From Terriglobales bacterium (lineage in GTDB: Bacteria > Acidobacteriota > Terriglobia > Terriglobales > SCQP01): a stretch of DNA of 64,000 nucleotides. Position numbers and translations under genes: made by a program. Below are positions 19,888-29,087 of this stretch, one piece after another. Where the stretch lies: assembly GCA_050747905.1 (NCBI GenBank), contig JBOGKQ010000013.1, positions 3,529 to 67,528 on the forward strand, in the 5' to 3' direction. The notes beneath the pieces were generated by a model that worked only from the letters and a program-made list of their open reading frames with translations, searched no databases and was not told the origin of the DNA. Position 1 is the stretch's first letter. The number at the start of each line of letters is the position of its first letter.

Positions 19888-22332
19888 CTACTCCTGCCGC
19901 AGCGCCCGCAGCGGGTCCACGCGCGCGGCGCGCAGCGCAGGCACCAGGCTGGCGAGAGCCGTGACCACGAGCAGCAGCGCCGCCGCGGCGATATAACTGA
20001 CCGGGTCCGCCGGGCTCATGCCGTACAGCAGCGCGGTCATGGAGCGCGTCAGCAGCGCCGCAAGAATCACACCCGCGAGAATCCCCCAGCCGGCCAGCCG
20101 CAGACCCTGGCTCAGCACCAGCCGCAGCAGCGCCCCGGCATCGGCGCCGAGCGCCAGGCGGATGCCGAACTCGCGCGTGCGCCGCGCCACCGTCGTCGCC
20201 ATCACGCCGTAAAGCCCCACCACCGCCAACAGCAGCGCCAGCAGGCCGAAGCCGGCGAGCAGCACCCCGATCATGCGGGCGGTGAACAGCGGCGCCTGCA
20301 TGAACTCGGCGCCGGTTTCAATATCGGTGTTGAGCAAGTTGGGGTCGAGCTTTTGCAACTTGGCCCGCACCGGACCGATGAAGGCCTGCGGATCGCCGGC
20401 CACATGCATCAGCAGGGACGCGGGGCTGGCCACTGCCTGCAATTCGTAAAAGTACGGCCGCGGGGCTTCATCCAACGTATGGTACTTGCCATCGGCGGCG
20501 ACGCCGACGACCGTGGCGGGGGCGCGGCTGCCGCCAGGAAAAACCACGCTGCGGCCCACCGCACCGCCCTGCGGCCAGAAGTGCCGGGCCAGGGTCTCAT
20601 TGAGCACCACCAGATGGCGGCCCGAGGCGAGGTCGGCATCGGTGAAGCCGCGCCCGGCATCGAGCGGCGTGCCCGTGGCACGGAAAAACTCCGGCGAAAC
20701 ATCCGTGTACTCGCTGCGGTAGCCGCGCCCCTGCGCGTCGGGCGCCACCCCCGAGGGCAGCAACTCCGTATCCGACTCGCCCACCTGGAGCTGAGGCGAA
20801 GTGGTATAGGCGGCGGCGGTCACGCCCGGCACCGCCTCCACCGCCGCCCGCAGGTTCTGCAGAAACTGATGCGCGTCCGCGCCGCTGTGCCCGAGCGCTT
20901 CCGGGTCTACGTCGCTCACCACCACCAAGTGCTGCGTGTCAAAGCCAGGATTGATGCCGCGCGCCCGGGCCAGCGAGCGCAGGCACAGCGCCGCGCCCAC
21001 CAGCACCACCACGCACAAGGCGATCTGCGCCGTGATGAAGCCGCTGCGGGTGCGCGAGCGCGCCGCGCCCGAACCAGGCGTGCCGTCCTTGATGTAGTCC
21101 AGCACCCGCACCCGCGCCGCCTGCAGCGCCGGCGCCAGGCCAAACAATATACCGATCACCAGCGCCAGGCCAAAGGTGAACCACACCACCGCGGCATTCA
21201 GCGCCGCGGGCATGGCCACCGGCGTTCCCGCCGGCGCCAGCTGCAGCAGCAGCGGCTTCAGCAGTTGCGCAATGCCCAGCGCCAGCCCGCCGGCTATAAG
21301 CGCCAGCACCACACTGTGCACCAACCCCTGGCGCACCAGGCGTCCGCGCCCGGCGCCCAGCGCCGAGCGCAGCGCCCACTCCCGCTGCCGCCCCAGCGCC
21401 TCGGCTAAAAGGACCAAGGCAGCGTTCGCGCAGGCGATCAACAGCACCAGTCCCACCACCACCTCCAGCAGCAAAATGCCTTCGGTCGCAAACCCGCGAA
21501 ATGGCAGCGGGATGGCGCCAATCGGCGCCGCCAGTGCCCCAAACGTCGGCGATTCCTGTTTGGGGTACTCGCGGTCCAGCCGGTGCTGCACCGCATCCAA
21601 CTGGGCGCTGGCAGCAGCTACGGTCACCCCTGGTTTCAGCCGTCCCACGGCAAACAGGCCGCGGCTGCCGCGTTGGTCCAAAACCCCGGGCCCGCCCAGG
21701 CCCTCCGACATGGTCACGGGCGCCCAAAAATCGCACTTCACTCCGTCGAACAGGCCCTTAAACCCGCGCGGTGCAACTCCAATCACGACATACGGTGCGC
21801 CGTTCAGCGTCACCGTGCGGCCCAGGATGCCGGGCTCGCCGCCGAAGCTCGTCTTCCACTTCGCCCACGAAAGCACCACAACCGCGCTGGCTCCCTTCAC
21901 CGCTCCCTCACCCGGCAAAAACCACCGCCCCAGCGCCGGATGAATGCCGAGTACATCGAAGTAGTTGGCGGAGACCAGTTGCCCGGTCCAGGGTTGTGGC
22001 GCCGAATCCGGCGAGATGATGGCGTTAGGCCGGCTGAGCGGGCTGTAGACGAGCAACCCGGACAGGCTGGTGCCCTGGCGGACATAATCGAGATAATCCA
22101 GATAGCTGAGCGGGTAGTCGCCGTTAAGCGCGGCGCGCGGGGTAGGATCGTGGGTGTACACCTCGACCAGTTGCGCCGGGCTGGCCACGGCCGGCTTTTG
22201 CAGCAGCAAGCCATGGGCGACGCTGAAAATGGTGGTGTTCACGCCCAGCCCCAGCGCCAGCGACACAACCGCAATCAGTGACAGCCAGGGGCTTTTGGCG
22301 ATCAGACGCAACGCATAACGCAGGTCTCGCAT
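19888..22332 (-). CDS. ADOP-family duplicated FtsX/MacB-type ABC permease
   Basis: MRDLRYALRLIAKSPWLSLIAVVSLALGLGVNT is the typical ADOP N-terminus. 814 aa with two FtsX-like 4-TM modules (LLIACANAA... and a C-terminal repeat). Confidence 0.85.
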   Translation of the reverse strand: MRDLRYALRLIAKSPWLSLIAVVSLALGLGVNTTIFSVAHGLLLQKPAVASPAQLVEVYTHDPTPRAALNGDYPLSYLDYLDYVRQGTSLSGLLVYSPLSRPNAIISPDSAPQPWTGQLVSANYFDVLGIHPALGRWFLPGEGAVKGASAVVVLSWAKWKTSFGGEPGILGRTVTLNGAPYVVIGVAPRGFKGLFDGVKCDFWAPVTMSEGLGGPGVLDQRGSRGLFAVGRLKPGVTVAAASAQLDAVQHRLDREYPKQESPTFGALAAPIGAIPLPFRGFATEGILLLEVVVGLVLLIACANAALVLLAEALGRQREWALRSALGAGRGRLVRQGLVHSVVLALIAGGLALGIAQLLKPLLLQLAPAGTPVAMPAALNAAVVWFTFGLALVIGILFGLAPALQAARVRVLDYIKDGTPGSGAARSRTRSGFITAQIALCVVVLVGAALCLRSLARARGINPGFDTQHLVVVSDVDPEALGHSGADAHQFLQNLRAAVEAVPGVTAAAYTTSPQLQVGESDTELLPSGVAPDAQGRGYRSEYTDVSPEFFRATGTPLDAGRGFTDADLASGRHLVVLNETLARHFWPQGGAVGRSVVFPGGSRAPATVVGVAADGKYHTLDEAPRPYFYELQAVASPASLLMHVAGDPQAFIGPVRAKLQKLDPNLLNTDIETGAEFMQAPLFTARMIGVLLAGFGLLALLLAVVGLYGVMATTVARRTREFGIRLALGADAGALLRLVLSQGLRLAGWGILAGVILAALLTRSMTALLYGMSPADPVSYIAAAALLLVVTALASLVPALRAARVDPLRALRQE

Positions 22333-22433
22333 GATTACAGAATATACGGACCATCCACGCCTTTGTTCCTGCCATTCACACCGAATATAGTGACAAGCCG
22401 CGGCTTTACAGGCACACTGTCTGGGATCGAACC

Positions 22434-23462
22434 ATGGCCATGACCAAGGCCCGCCGCAAACCGCTCGCCCGCCGCCTGCGCGAGCTGCGCCAGCTCTGGC
22501 ACGGGGTGCGCTCGACCGAGCACCCCGTGCAAGTCCACATGGTTCCCATGCGGCGGTGCAATCTCGCCTGCGCTTATTGCAACGAATACGACGACCACTC
22601 CCAGCCCGTCCCGCTGGAGGAAATGCGCCGCCGCGTGGACCACCTCGCCCGGCTCGGCAGCTCGCTGGTGACCATCAGCGGGGGTGAACCGCTGCTGCAC
22701 CCCGATCTGGATGAGATCATCGTGCGTATCCGCGAGCGCGGCATGCTGGCCGGCTGCATCACCAACGGCTACCTGTTGGTCGCCGAACGCATCCAGCGCT
22801 TGAACCGCGCCGGCCTCGATTACCTGCAAATCTCGATCGATAACGTCCAACCCGACGACATTTCCGTCAAAAGCCTCAAGGTGCTGGACAAAAAGCTGGC
22901 GCTGCTGGCCGAGCACGCCCGCTTCAGCGTCAACATCAACTCCGTGCTGGGCTCGGGCGTCAGCAACCCCGAAGACGCGCTCACGATCGCCCGCCGTGCC
23001 GTCGCCTATGGCTTTGCCACCACGGTGGGCATCATCCACGATGGCCACGGCCAGCTCCGGCCGCTCGACGCACGCGAGATGGCGATTTACGCGCAGGTGC
23101 GCCGTCTCGGCAAGCGCGAGTTTTTCCGCCTCAACAAATTCCAGGACCATATCGCCCGCGGCCTACCCAACCACTGGAAATGCCGCGCCGGCAGCCGCTA
23201 CCTTTATATTTGCGAGCAAGGCCTGGTGCATTACTGCTCGCAGCAGCGCGGCACACCCGGCGTCCCGCTGGCCGACTACACCCTGGCCGACATCCGCCGC
23301 GAGTACCTGCAGAAAAAGGCCTGCGCCCCCTTCTGCACCGTCGCCTGCGCGCATTACACCTCGATCATGGACTTCTGGCGCGACGAGCAGCAGGAAGCCT
23401 CCGGGGCCGCAGCGCCGACCGCCGCGCTGCCCGACCCGGCGCAGCTCGTGCAGATAAAATAA
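22434..23462 (+). CDS. Radical SAM protein (unknown substrate; Cys-rich C-terminal region)
   Basis: CNLACAYCNEY (CxxxCxxC) and ISGGEPLLHPD. Additional Cys cluster in the C-terminal part: CRAGSRYLYICEQGLVHYC...CAPFCTVAC. Confidence 0.8.
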   Translation: MAMTKARRKPLARRLRELRQLWHGVRSTEHPVQVHMVPMRRCNLACAYCNEYDDHSQPVPLEEMRRRVDHLARLGSSLVTISGGEPLLHPDLDEIIVRIRERGMLAGCITNGYLLVAERIQRLNRAGLDYLQISIDNVQPDDISVKSLKVLDKKLALLAEHARFSVNINSVLGSGVSNPEDALTIARRAVAYGFATTVGIIHDGHGQLRPLDAREMAIYAQVRRLGKREFFRLNKFQDHIARGLPNHWKCRAGSRYLYICEQGLVHYCSQQRGTPGVPLADYTLADIRREYLQKKACAPFCTVACAHYTSIMDFWRDEQQEASGAAAPTAALPDPAQLVQIK

Positions 23463-23469
23463 ACTCGCC

Positions 23470-25194
23470 GTGGACAGTTGCCAGTTGCCAGTTCGAGCGG
23501 CCGGGCGCTTTCAGGTGGCGTTGGGCGTTTCGCCCCTGTTGGCCCGCCTGCTCGCGGCCCGCGGCTGGAGCGAAATCGCAGCGCTCACCGCCTTCCTCTA
23601 CCCGCGCCTGGAGCACACCCACTCGCCCTGGCTGCTGCACGGCATGGAGGCTGCCGTGGCACGCACCCTGGCTGCCGTCGCCGCCGGCGAGCGCATCCTG
23701 ATTTTGGGCGACTACGACGCCGACGGCACCCTCGCCACCGTGATCCTGCGCCAGGCGCTGCGCGCCCTGGGGGCCGAGGTCAGCTATGCCCTGCCCGAGC
23801 GGCTGCGCGCCGGCTACGGCCTGCAGACTGATTGCATCGAGCGCTCGGTGCGGGCCGGCGTTCAGCTCGCCATAACCGTGGACACCGGCATCCGCGAGTT
23901 CGAACCCCTGGGGCGTGCGCGCGAGCTGGGGCTCGACGTCATCATCACCGATCACCACCTGCCGGGCGAGCAACTGCCGCCGGCCTACGCCATCATCAAT
24001 CCCCATCAGCCCGCCTGCGCCTATCCCGACAAGGGCCTGTGCGGTTCCGCCCTCGCCTTCAAGCTGGCCCATGCGCTGCTGGAGCGCGCCGGCAAGCTCG
24101 ACGGCGCCTGGCCGCCAGCGCTGCGCTCCTACCTGAAGCTGGTCGCCATCGCCACCGTGGCTGATGCCGCTCCCCTGTTGGGCGAAAATCGTGTGCTGAC
24201 GCACTTTGGTTTGGCAGGCCTGGAAAACCCCGTCAACCTCGGCCTGCGCGCCCTGCTGGCCCACGCGCTGCCCGCCGGCTCGCAGGGCGTCAGCAGCCAG
24301 ACGGTGGCGTTTCGCATTGCCCCGCGCCTCAACGCGGCCGGACGCATGGGCGCCGCCGACCGCGTCGTCGAGCTGTTCTCGGCCCCGCCTGCCGAGGCCG
24401 AAGCCATTGCCACCTCACTCGAGCTGCTCAACCAGCAGCGCCAGCAACTGTGCGCCCGCATCCTGGCCGACATCGAAGCCCGCCCGCCCAGCCCGGGCGC
24501 GATTCAGCTGCTGGCCGGCGAGGGCTGGCATCGCGGCGTGCTGGGCATTGTTGCCAGCCAGATCCTGCAGCGCTCCGGCCGCGCCGCCGTGATCGTTAGC
24601 CTGGACAACGGCCTCGCCCATGGCTCCGGCCGCGCGCCCCAAGGCCTGCATCTGCTGCAGGCCCTCGAGGGCTGTCAGGAGCTGTTTGACCGCTTCGGCG
24701 GCCACGCCCAGGCCGTCGGTTTCTCCATGTCCGCCAGCAAACTCGACGCCTTGCGCTCCTGCCTCGATCAGGTCCAGGTCACGGCTGCCCCGCCTGCGCA
24801 GGACTGCTTCGAGCTCAGCCTCGCCGAGTTGACGCCGGCCTCGTGCCGTGAGCTGGCCCGCCTCGAACCGTTTGGCGAGGCCAACCCCCAGCCCTTGTTT
24901 CGCGCCCGCGGGGTGCGCCTCGCGCAGGCGCCCACGGTCCTGAAGCAGCGCCATCTTAAGCTGCTGCTGGAAGATGCCCAGGGCAGTCGCCGCCACACGG
25001 CGCTGTTCTGGAACCTATGGCGCGATGGGCTGTACCAAAGCGCCCCGCGCCGCCCCGCCTGCGCCGCCCTCGTACCCGGGGCGGAGCTGGAGATCGTCTT
25101 CCGCCTCGAAACCACTCGCCATGCTCAATACGGCGAGCAGACGCAGCTCATTCTGTGCGAGTTTTTTATCACCGCCGCGGCGGCCAGCCACTAG
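23470..25194 (+). CDS. recJ: Single-stranded-DNA-specific exonuclease RecJ
   Basis: ILILGDYDADGTLAT, VDTG, IITDHH and ATVADAAPL are the DHH family motifs I-IV. Confidence 0.9.
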   Translation: MDSCQLPVRAAGRFQVALGVSPLLARLLAARGWSEIAALTAFLYPRLEHTHSPWLLHGMEAAVARTLAAVAAGERILILGDYDADGTLATVILRQALRALGAEVSYALPERLRAGYGLQTDCIERSVRAGVQLAITVDTGIREFEPLGRARELGLDVIITDHHLPGEQLPPAYAIINPHQPACAYPDKGLCGSALAFKLAHALLERAGKLDGAWPPALRSYLKLVAIATVADAAPLLGENRVLTHFGLAGLENPVNLGLRALLAHALPAGSQGVSSQTVAFRIAPRLNAAGRMGAADRVVELFSAPPAEAEAIATSLELLNQQRQQLCARILADIEARPPSPGAIQLLAGEGWHRGVLGIVASQILQRSGRAAVIVSLDNGLAHGSGRAPQGLHLLQALEGCQELFDRFGGHAQAVGFSMSASKLDALRSCLDQVQVTAAPPAQDCFELSLAELTPASCRELARLEPFGEANPQPLFRARGVRLAQAPTVLKQRHLKLLLEDAQGSRRHTALFWNLWRDGLYQSAPRRPACAALVPGAELEIVFRLETTRHAQYGEQTQLILCEFFITAAAASH

Positions 25195-25247
25195 CCACTG
25201 GCAACTCTTGTGTGCTAGCGTAACCGGGTAGCAGGAGGAGAACCCGG

Positions 25248-25544
25248 ATGGAAGCTTTGGGATTGATTGAAACCAGGGGTCTGGTGGGCTCGATCGAGGC
25301 TGCCGATGCCATGGTGAAGGCCGCCAACGTGGTCCTGCTGGGCAAGGAATACATCGGTGCCGGCTACGTCACGGTGATGGTGCGCGGGGACGTGGGCGCG
25401 GTCAAGGCCGCCACCGACGCCGGCGCCGCCGCCGCCCGCCGGGTGGGCGAGCTGGTGAGCGTGCATGTGATCCCGCGCCCGCACAGCGAAGTCGAAAAGA
25501 TCCTGCCGAACAAAGGCGTCGTCGCCGCCGACAGTAAAAAGTAG
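25248..25544 (+). CDS. Bacterial microcompartment shell protein, BMC-H (PduA/EutM/CcmK-like)
   Basis: [59 protein letters not shown] is a canonical Pfam00936-type sequence. AGGAGG lies upstream. Confidence 0.9.
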   Translation: MEALGLIETRGLVGSIEAADAMVKAANVVLLGKEYIGAGYVTVMVRGDVGAVKAATDAGAAAARRVGELVSVHVIPRPHSEVEKILPNKGVVAADSKK

Positions 25545-25559
25545 CGCGCCTGAGGCACG

Positions 25560-27254
25560 ATGGGAGACCCATCCCAGCCGGTCGCCGAGGCCCGCGAGCT
25601 GATCGAGCGGGCGCACGCCGCCTGGCAGACCTACCGCGAGTTTTCTCAGACCCAGGTGGACGCCATCGTGGACGCCATGGCGCAGGCCGCCACCGCCCAC
25701 GCCGAGCGCCTGGCGAAGCTGGCGGTGGCAGAGACCACCTATGGCAAGGTGGCCGACAAGACCCAGAAAAACCTCTTCGCCTCCGAACGTGTCTACGCCG
25801 CCATTCGCGGCATGCGCACCGTCGGGGTGCTGCGCGAGGACCGCGCCGCGGGCATCCTCGAGCTGGGGGTTTCCATGGGCGTGGTGGCGGCCATTCTGCC
25901 CTGCACCAACCCCACCTCCACCGCCATCTACAAAATCCTGATCGCCCTCAAGGCCGGCAACGCCATCGTGCTCAGCCCCCATCCCTCCGCCCTGCGCTGC
26001 ATTTGCGAAACCGTCGGCCTGATGCGCCAGGCGGCCATCGCCCAGGGCGCGCCCGATGGCCTCATTGGCTGTTTCTCCATGCCCACCCGCGAGGGTACGC
26101 AGGCGATGATGTCGCACCCCAGCTCGAAGGTGATCCTCGCCACCGGCGGCATGGGTATCGTCAAAGCCGCCTACAGCTCGGGCAAACCCGCCTTCGGGGT
26201 CGGGCCGGGCAACGTTCCCGCCTTCGTGGATCGTTCCGCGGATGTGCCCGATGCGGTCGCCAAGGTGGTCGCCGGCAAAAGCTTCGACTGGGGCACCCTC
26301 TGCTCCTCCGAACAGTCACTGGTGGCCGAAACCGCCCTGCGTGACGCCGTTCTGGCGGAACTGAAAAAGCAAAATGTCTACCTGATGTCCGCCGAGGAGG
26401 CGGAGAAACTCGCCGCCCTGCTGATCCACAAAGAGACGTTTTCGGTCAATCCCAAATGCGTGGGCCAATCGCCGCAGAAGCTCGCCGCCATGGCGGGCTT
26501 TGGCGGTCGCGTGGGAGCGGACCTGCGGGTGCTCGCGGCCGAGCTGGCGGGCATGGGCAAGGCGCATCCGCTCTCGGCGGAAAAACTTTCGCCGGTGCTG
26601 GCGCTGTTTTTTCTTCCCGACCGCGTCCGCGCGATGGAGCGCTGCCGCGACTTGCTGCACTTTGGCGGTCTCGGCCACACCTGCGTCATTCACGCCCGCG
26701 ACGAGGCGGTCATCCGCGATTACGGGGCCCGCATGCCCGCCTATCGCGTGGTGGTGAACTCGCCCGCTCCGCAAGGCTCCATCGGCCTGACCACGAACCT
26801 GTTTCCGGCGATGACGCTCGGCTGCGGCGCCCTCGGCGGCAACATCACCAGCGACAATATCGGGCCCCAGCATTTGATGAACATCAAGCGCATCGCCTGG
26901 GATCGCGGTTCCCTGCCCGCGGCGGCGGCGGGGAGGGAGGCGGAGCCCTCCACCTGCACCTGCCCGCACGCGGCGCCCCAGGATGACCTGCGCGCCAACA
27001 TTGAACGCATCCTCGCCGAGCGCGGGATACTCCCGCCCGGCCAGCCCGAGGCAGGCTCAGGCCCTCAGACGGCGCCGCCTGCCTTTACACCCCCGCCGCT
27101 GCCTCCCGCGCCCGCTCCCGTCCCCTTTGTCTGCGAAGCCGACGTCCGCGATGCGATCCAGTCCGGCAAAAAAATCGCGATCGGCCCCAAGACCATCATC
27201 ACCCCCGCGGCCCGCGACCTCGGCCGCGAGCGCAACGCCTTCGAAACGGTGTGA
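25560..27254 (+). CDS. CoA-acylating aldehyde dehydrogenase (PduP/EutE-like) with about 120-aa C-terminal extension
   Basis: [14 protein letters not shown] and GTLCSSEQS (catalytic Cys context). The extension holds the amphipathic [17 protein letters not shown], a Pro-rich linker, then [33 protein letters not shown]. Confidence 0.85.
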   Translation: MGDPSQPVAEARELIERAHAAWQTYREFSQTQVDAIVDAMAQAATAHAERLAKLAVAETTYGKVADKTQKNLFASERVYAAIRGMRTVGVLREDRAAGILELGVSMGVVAAILPCTNPTSTAIYKILIALKAGNAIVLSPHPSALRCICETVGLMRQAAIAQGAPDGLIGCFSMPTREGTQAMMSHPSSKVILATGGMGIVKAAYSSGKPAFGVGPGNVPAFVDRSADVPDAVAKVVAGKSFDWGTLCSSEQSLVAETALRDAVLAELKKQNVYLMSAEEAEKLAALLIHKETFSVNPKCVGQSPQKLAAMAGFGGRVGADLRVLAAELAGMGKAHPLSAEKLSPVLALFFLPDRVRAMERCRDLLHFGGLGHTCVIHARDEAVIRDYGARMPAYRVVVNSPAPQGSIGLTTNLFPAMTLGCGALGGNITSDNIGPQHLMNIKRIAWDRGSLPAAAAGREAEPSTCTCPHAAPQDDLRANIERILAERGILPPGQPEAGSGPQTAPPAFTPPPLPPAPAPVPFVCEADVRDAIQSGKKIAIGPKTIITPAARDLGRERNAFETV

Positions 27255-27284
27255 TCCCGAAACCCTATTGAGCGTTAGCAGGAC

Positions 27285-27566
27285 CTAAGCCGCGTGTACC
27301 TGCGGAATCGGGTCCAGGTAATCGCTGTCCACATAGCACCAGGCCCAGTCCTCGCCCGCCTTAAAGGCTCGCATGACGGGGTGCTGTGTCTGGTGAAAAT
27401 GCGCCGTAGCGTGCTTGTTTTTCGACGAGTCGCAGCAGCCGACATGGCCGCAGACCATACACGCACGCAACTGCACCCAACGATCGCCCGTCTGGAGGCA
27501 CTCCTCGCAGCCCTCGCTGCGCGGCCGTACATCCTGAATTTGATCCACATGCGAACAGGTAGTCAT
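27285..27566 (-). CDS. UBP-type zinc-finger domain protein
   Basis: CSHV...CEEC...WVQLRACMVCGHVGCCDSSKNKHATAHF shows the ZnF-UBP Cys/His pattern. 93 aa. Confidence 0.8.
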   Translation of the reverse strand: MTTCSHVDQIQDVRPRSEGCEECLQTGDRWVQLRACMVCGHVGCCDSSKNKHATAHFHQTQHPVMRAFKAGEDWAWCYVDSDYLDPIPQVHAA

Positions 27567-27627
27567 GGCGGTAGGCTCCTAAGGGGAGTCTACCAAGCAT
27601 CCCGAGCCGTTGCGCTCACCCGTCAAT

Positions 27628-27859
27628 GTTGGCGCGGGCCCCAGCGCGGCTGCGCCGCGCGCCCCGCTTATGCTCGCGTCGGGTTGGGGGCCCTTGGCCC
27701 CAACCTGACGCTGCGCCTCGCTCCCACCCCAAGGCGCAGGCGCCTTGGGGGCCCCGGGGGTGGGGCCGCGCCTGCATGTCTCCCCGGGGGCGGGCCGCCG
27801 TGCCGAATTTCGCAGCCCTTCGCGCCGCTTTTGCCCACGGTGCAAAGCGGCGCGACCCC
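27628..27859 (+). repeat. Dispersed intergenic repeat family, long copy
   Basis: gttggcgcgggccccagcgcggctgc ... gggttgggggcccttggccccaacctgacgctgcgcctcgc ... gaatttcgcagcccttcgcgccgcttttgcccacggtgcaaagcggcgcgacccc. Confidence 0.85.
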
Positions 27860-27922
27860 TGCGAACTGACAATTCGCCGCATGCTAAACTGGCTACGTCT
27901 CCGGCGCCTTGGCGCGTGCCGC

Positions 27923-28000
27923 GTCCCCGTCGTCTAGCCCGGCCTAGGACACCGCCCTTTCACGGCGATAACACGGGTTCGAATCCCGTCGGGGACGCCA
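27923..28000 (+). tRNA. tRNA-Glu (anticodon UUC), CCA encoded
   Basis: GTCCCCGTCGTCTAGCCCGGCCTAGGACACCGCCCTTTCACGGCGATAACACGGGTTCGAATCCCGTCGGGGACGCCA. The acceptor stem pairs GTCCCCG with CGGGGAC. Anticodon loop CUUUCAC; T-arm GGTTCGAATCC. Close to E. coli tRNA-Glu. Confidence 0.9.
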
Positions 28001-28017
28001 ACAAAATAAAGAGCTTA
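27954..28017 (+). repeat. 64-bp direct repeat, left copy (tRNA-Glu 3' 47 nt plus 17 nt downstream); attL-like
   Basis: gccctttcacggcgataacacgggttcgaatcccgtcggggacgccaacaaaataaagagctta is identical (64/64 by eye) to 31198-31261. Confidence 0.9.
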
Positions 28018-28250
28018 CTCTGGCTTTCGCTTTTCCTTCATGGTCCATTATGGTCCAATAAGCCCGCAACCCCTTTAGTTGCCATGGGCCATGGTCCAAT
28101 CTTGGTCCATCTGGAATGGCCCGCCGTATCGCTAGCGGGCCGGCGCCGTTCCACGCACCAGGCTGGCGAACCGACCTTGTGCTTCCCGTTTCTGGTGGCT
28201 GACCGCTTGCATGTAGACGTCGGTCGTCACCTTCAGGCCGCTCGTCGCGG

Positions 28251-29012
28251 GTGCTTCGCGTTCTTCTCGAACGACAGCAGGAGTGGTCGGTCAAAGGCAT
28301 TGCTGACGAATTGGCTCGCGAAGCGGACCGGCTGGCGGCGGAGGTGCCCCAATGGCAATTCGATCTTCGGGTCAGCATGGGAACCGTTTCAAAGGTCATC
28401 ACCAGCCTGGAGGAATAGCTTTGGATTCGCCGCCAGGGGAACAAAATCGTTGTTCCCGAGCCGGCGCGCCTACTCCAGCAATGGGCGGAAAAATACAAGG
28501 AGCGGTATCGGTGGCGATTGCGTGGGGCTGTTCAGACCGTGAACCCATTCGGAGCGAATATCAGCGCAATCGCAGAGGGTCTTCTGCCCGCGGTGTCGGT
28601 ACCCTGTGCGGCTTCGGGTGCCCTTGCCGTTCAAGATGTGGCGCCATGGGTTGAGGCGGACATCGTTGATCTTTTCATCCCGTCGGCGATACCAGACGCG
28701 AAAGCGCTGGCCAAGCAGTTGAGCAGCTTCGACGGCGAGGGATCAGGGAACGGCACGGGGTTCGGTCCCGGCTCAGGTAGCGGGCGCGGATTCGGCGATG
28801 GCACAGGTTCTGACGGAGACAGGGGCAGTCGCCTGCGATTCATTGTTCCCTTCGACATCGGCGTGTTCATTTACTGTCGTCGAAGGGGCGCGGCCATTGA
28901 GGTGTCGCTCGTTCAGGCGTACCTTGACCTCTATGCGCGCGGCGGACGCGATTTGAAGCAGGCGGAACATTTGCTGGCGCAAGCCATCGAGCCCCGGTGG
29001 AGGAAGCCATGA
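28251..29012 (+). pseudogene. AbiEi-like transcriptional regulator/antitoxin homolog interrupted by in-frame TAG (28416-28418)
   Basis: Single frame reads VLRVLLERQQEWSVKGIADELA...VSMGTVSKVITSLEE*LWIRRQGNKIVVPEPARLLQQWAEKYKERY..., a wHTH followed by the LL..WA..Y pattern of this family. Also contains a Gly-rich low-complexity insert, GEGSGNGTGFGPGSGSGRGFGDGTGSDGD. Confidence 0.4.
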
Positions 29013-29087
29013 TCCCTGAACCGCAAAAAGCCTGTTCATTTTGCATTGCTGTTCACGAATAGTGAACAGCAATGCAAGCGTAATCGT

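Noticed and set aside
19828-23150. ORFs 19828-21408(+), 21176-21943(+) and 22335-23150(-).
   Set aside because: They are antisense to the ADOP permease and to the radical SAM gene respectively, with low-complexity Arg/Gln/His composition.
25215-26117. A 300-aa minus-strand ORF across the BMC-H and aldehyde dehydrogenase genes.
   Set aside because: It is antisense to two genes with textbook motifs.
28018-28250. Search for an integrase or its remnant at the tRNA-proximal end of the islet.
   Set aside because: No frame shows R..H..R..Y-type tyrosine recombinase or serine recombinase motifs. The segment holds only the ATGGTCCA iterons and short unrecognisable ORFs.
27745-28542. A 265-aa plus-strand ORF running through the tRNA-Glu gene and the islet end.
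   Set aside because: It spans a tRNA gene and the att repeat. Part of it is an out-of-frame reading of the AbiEi-like pseudogene.
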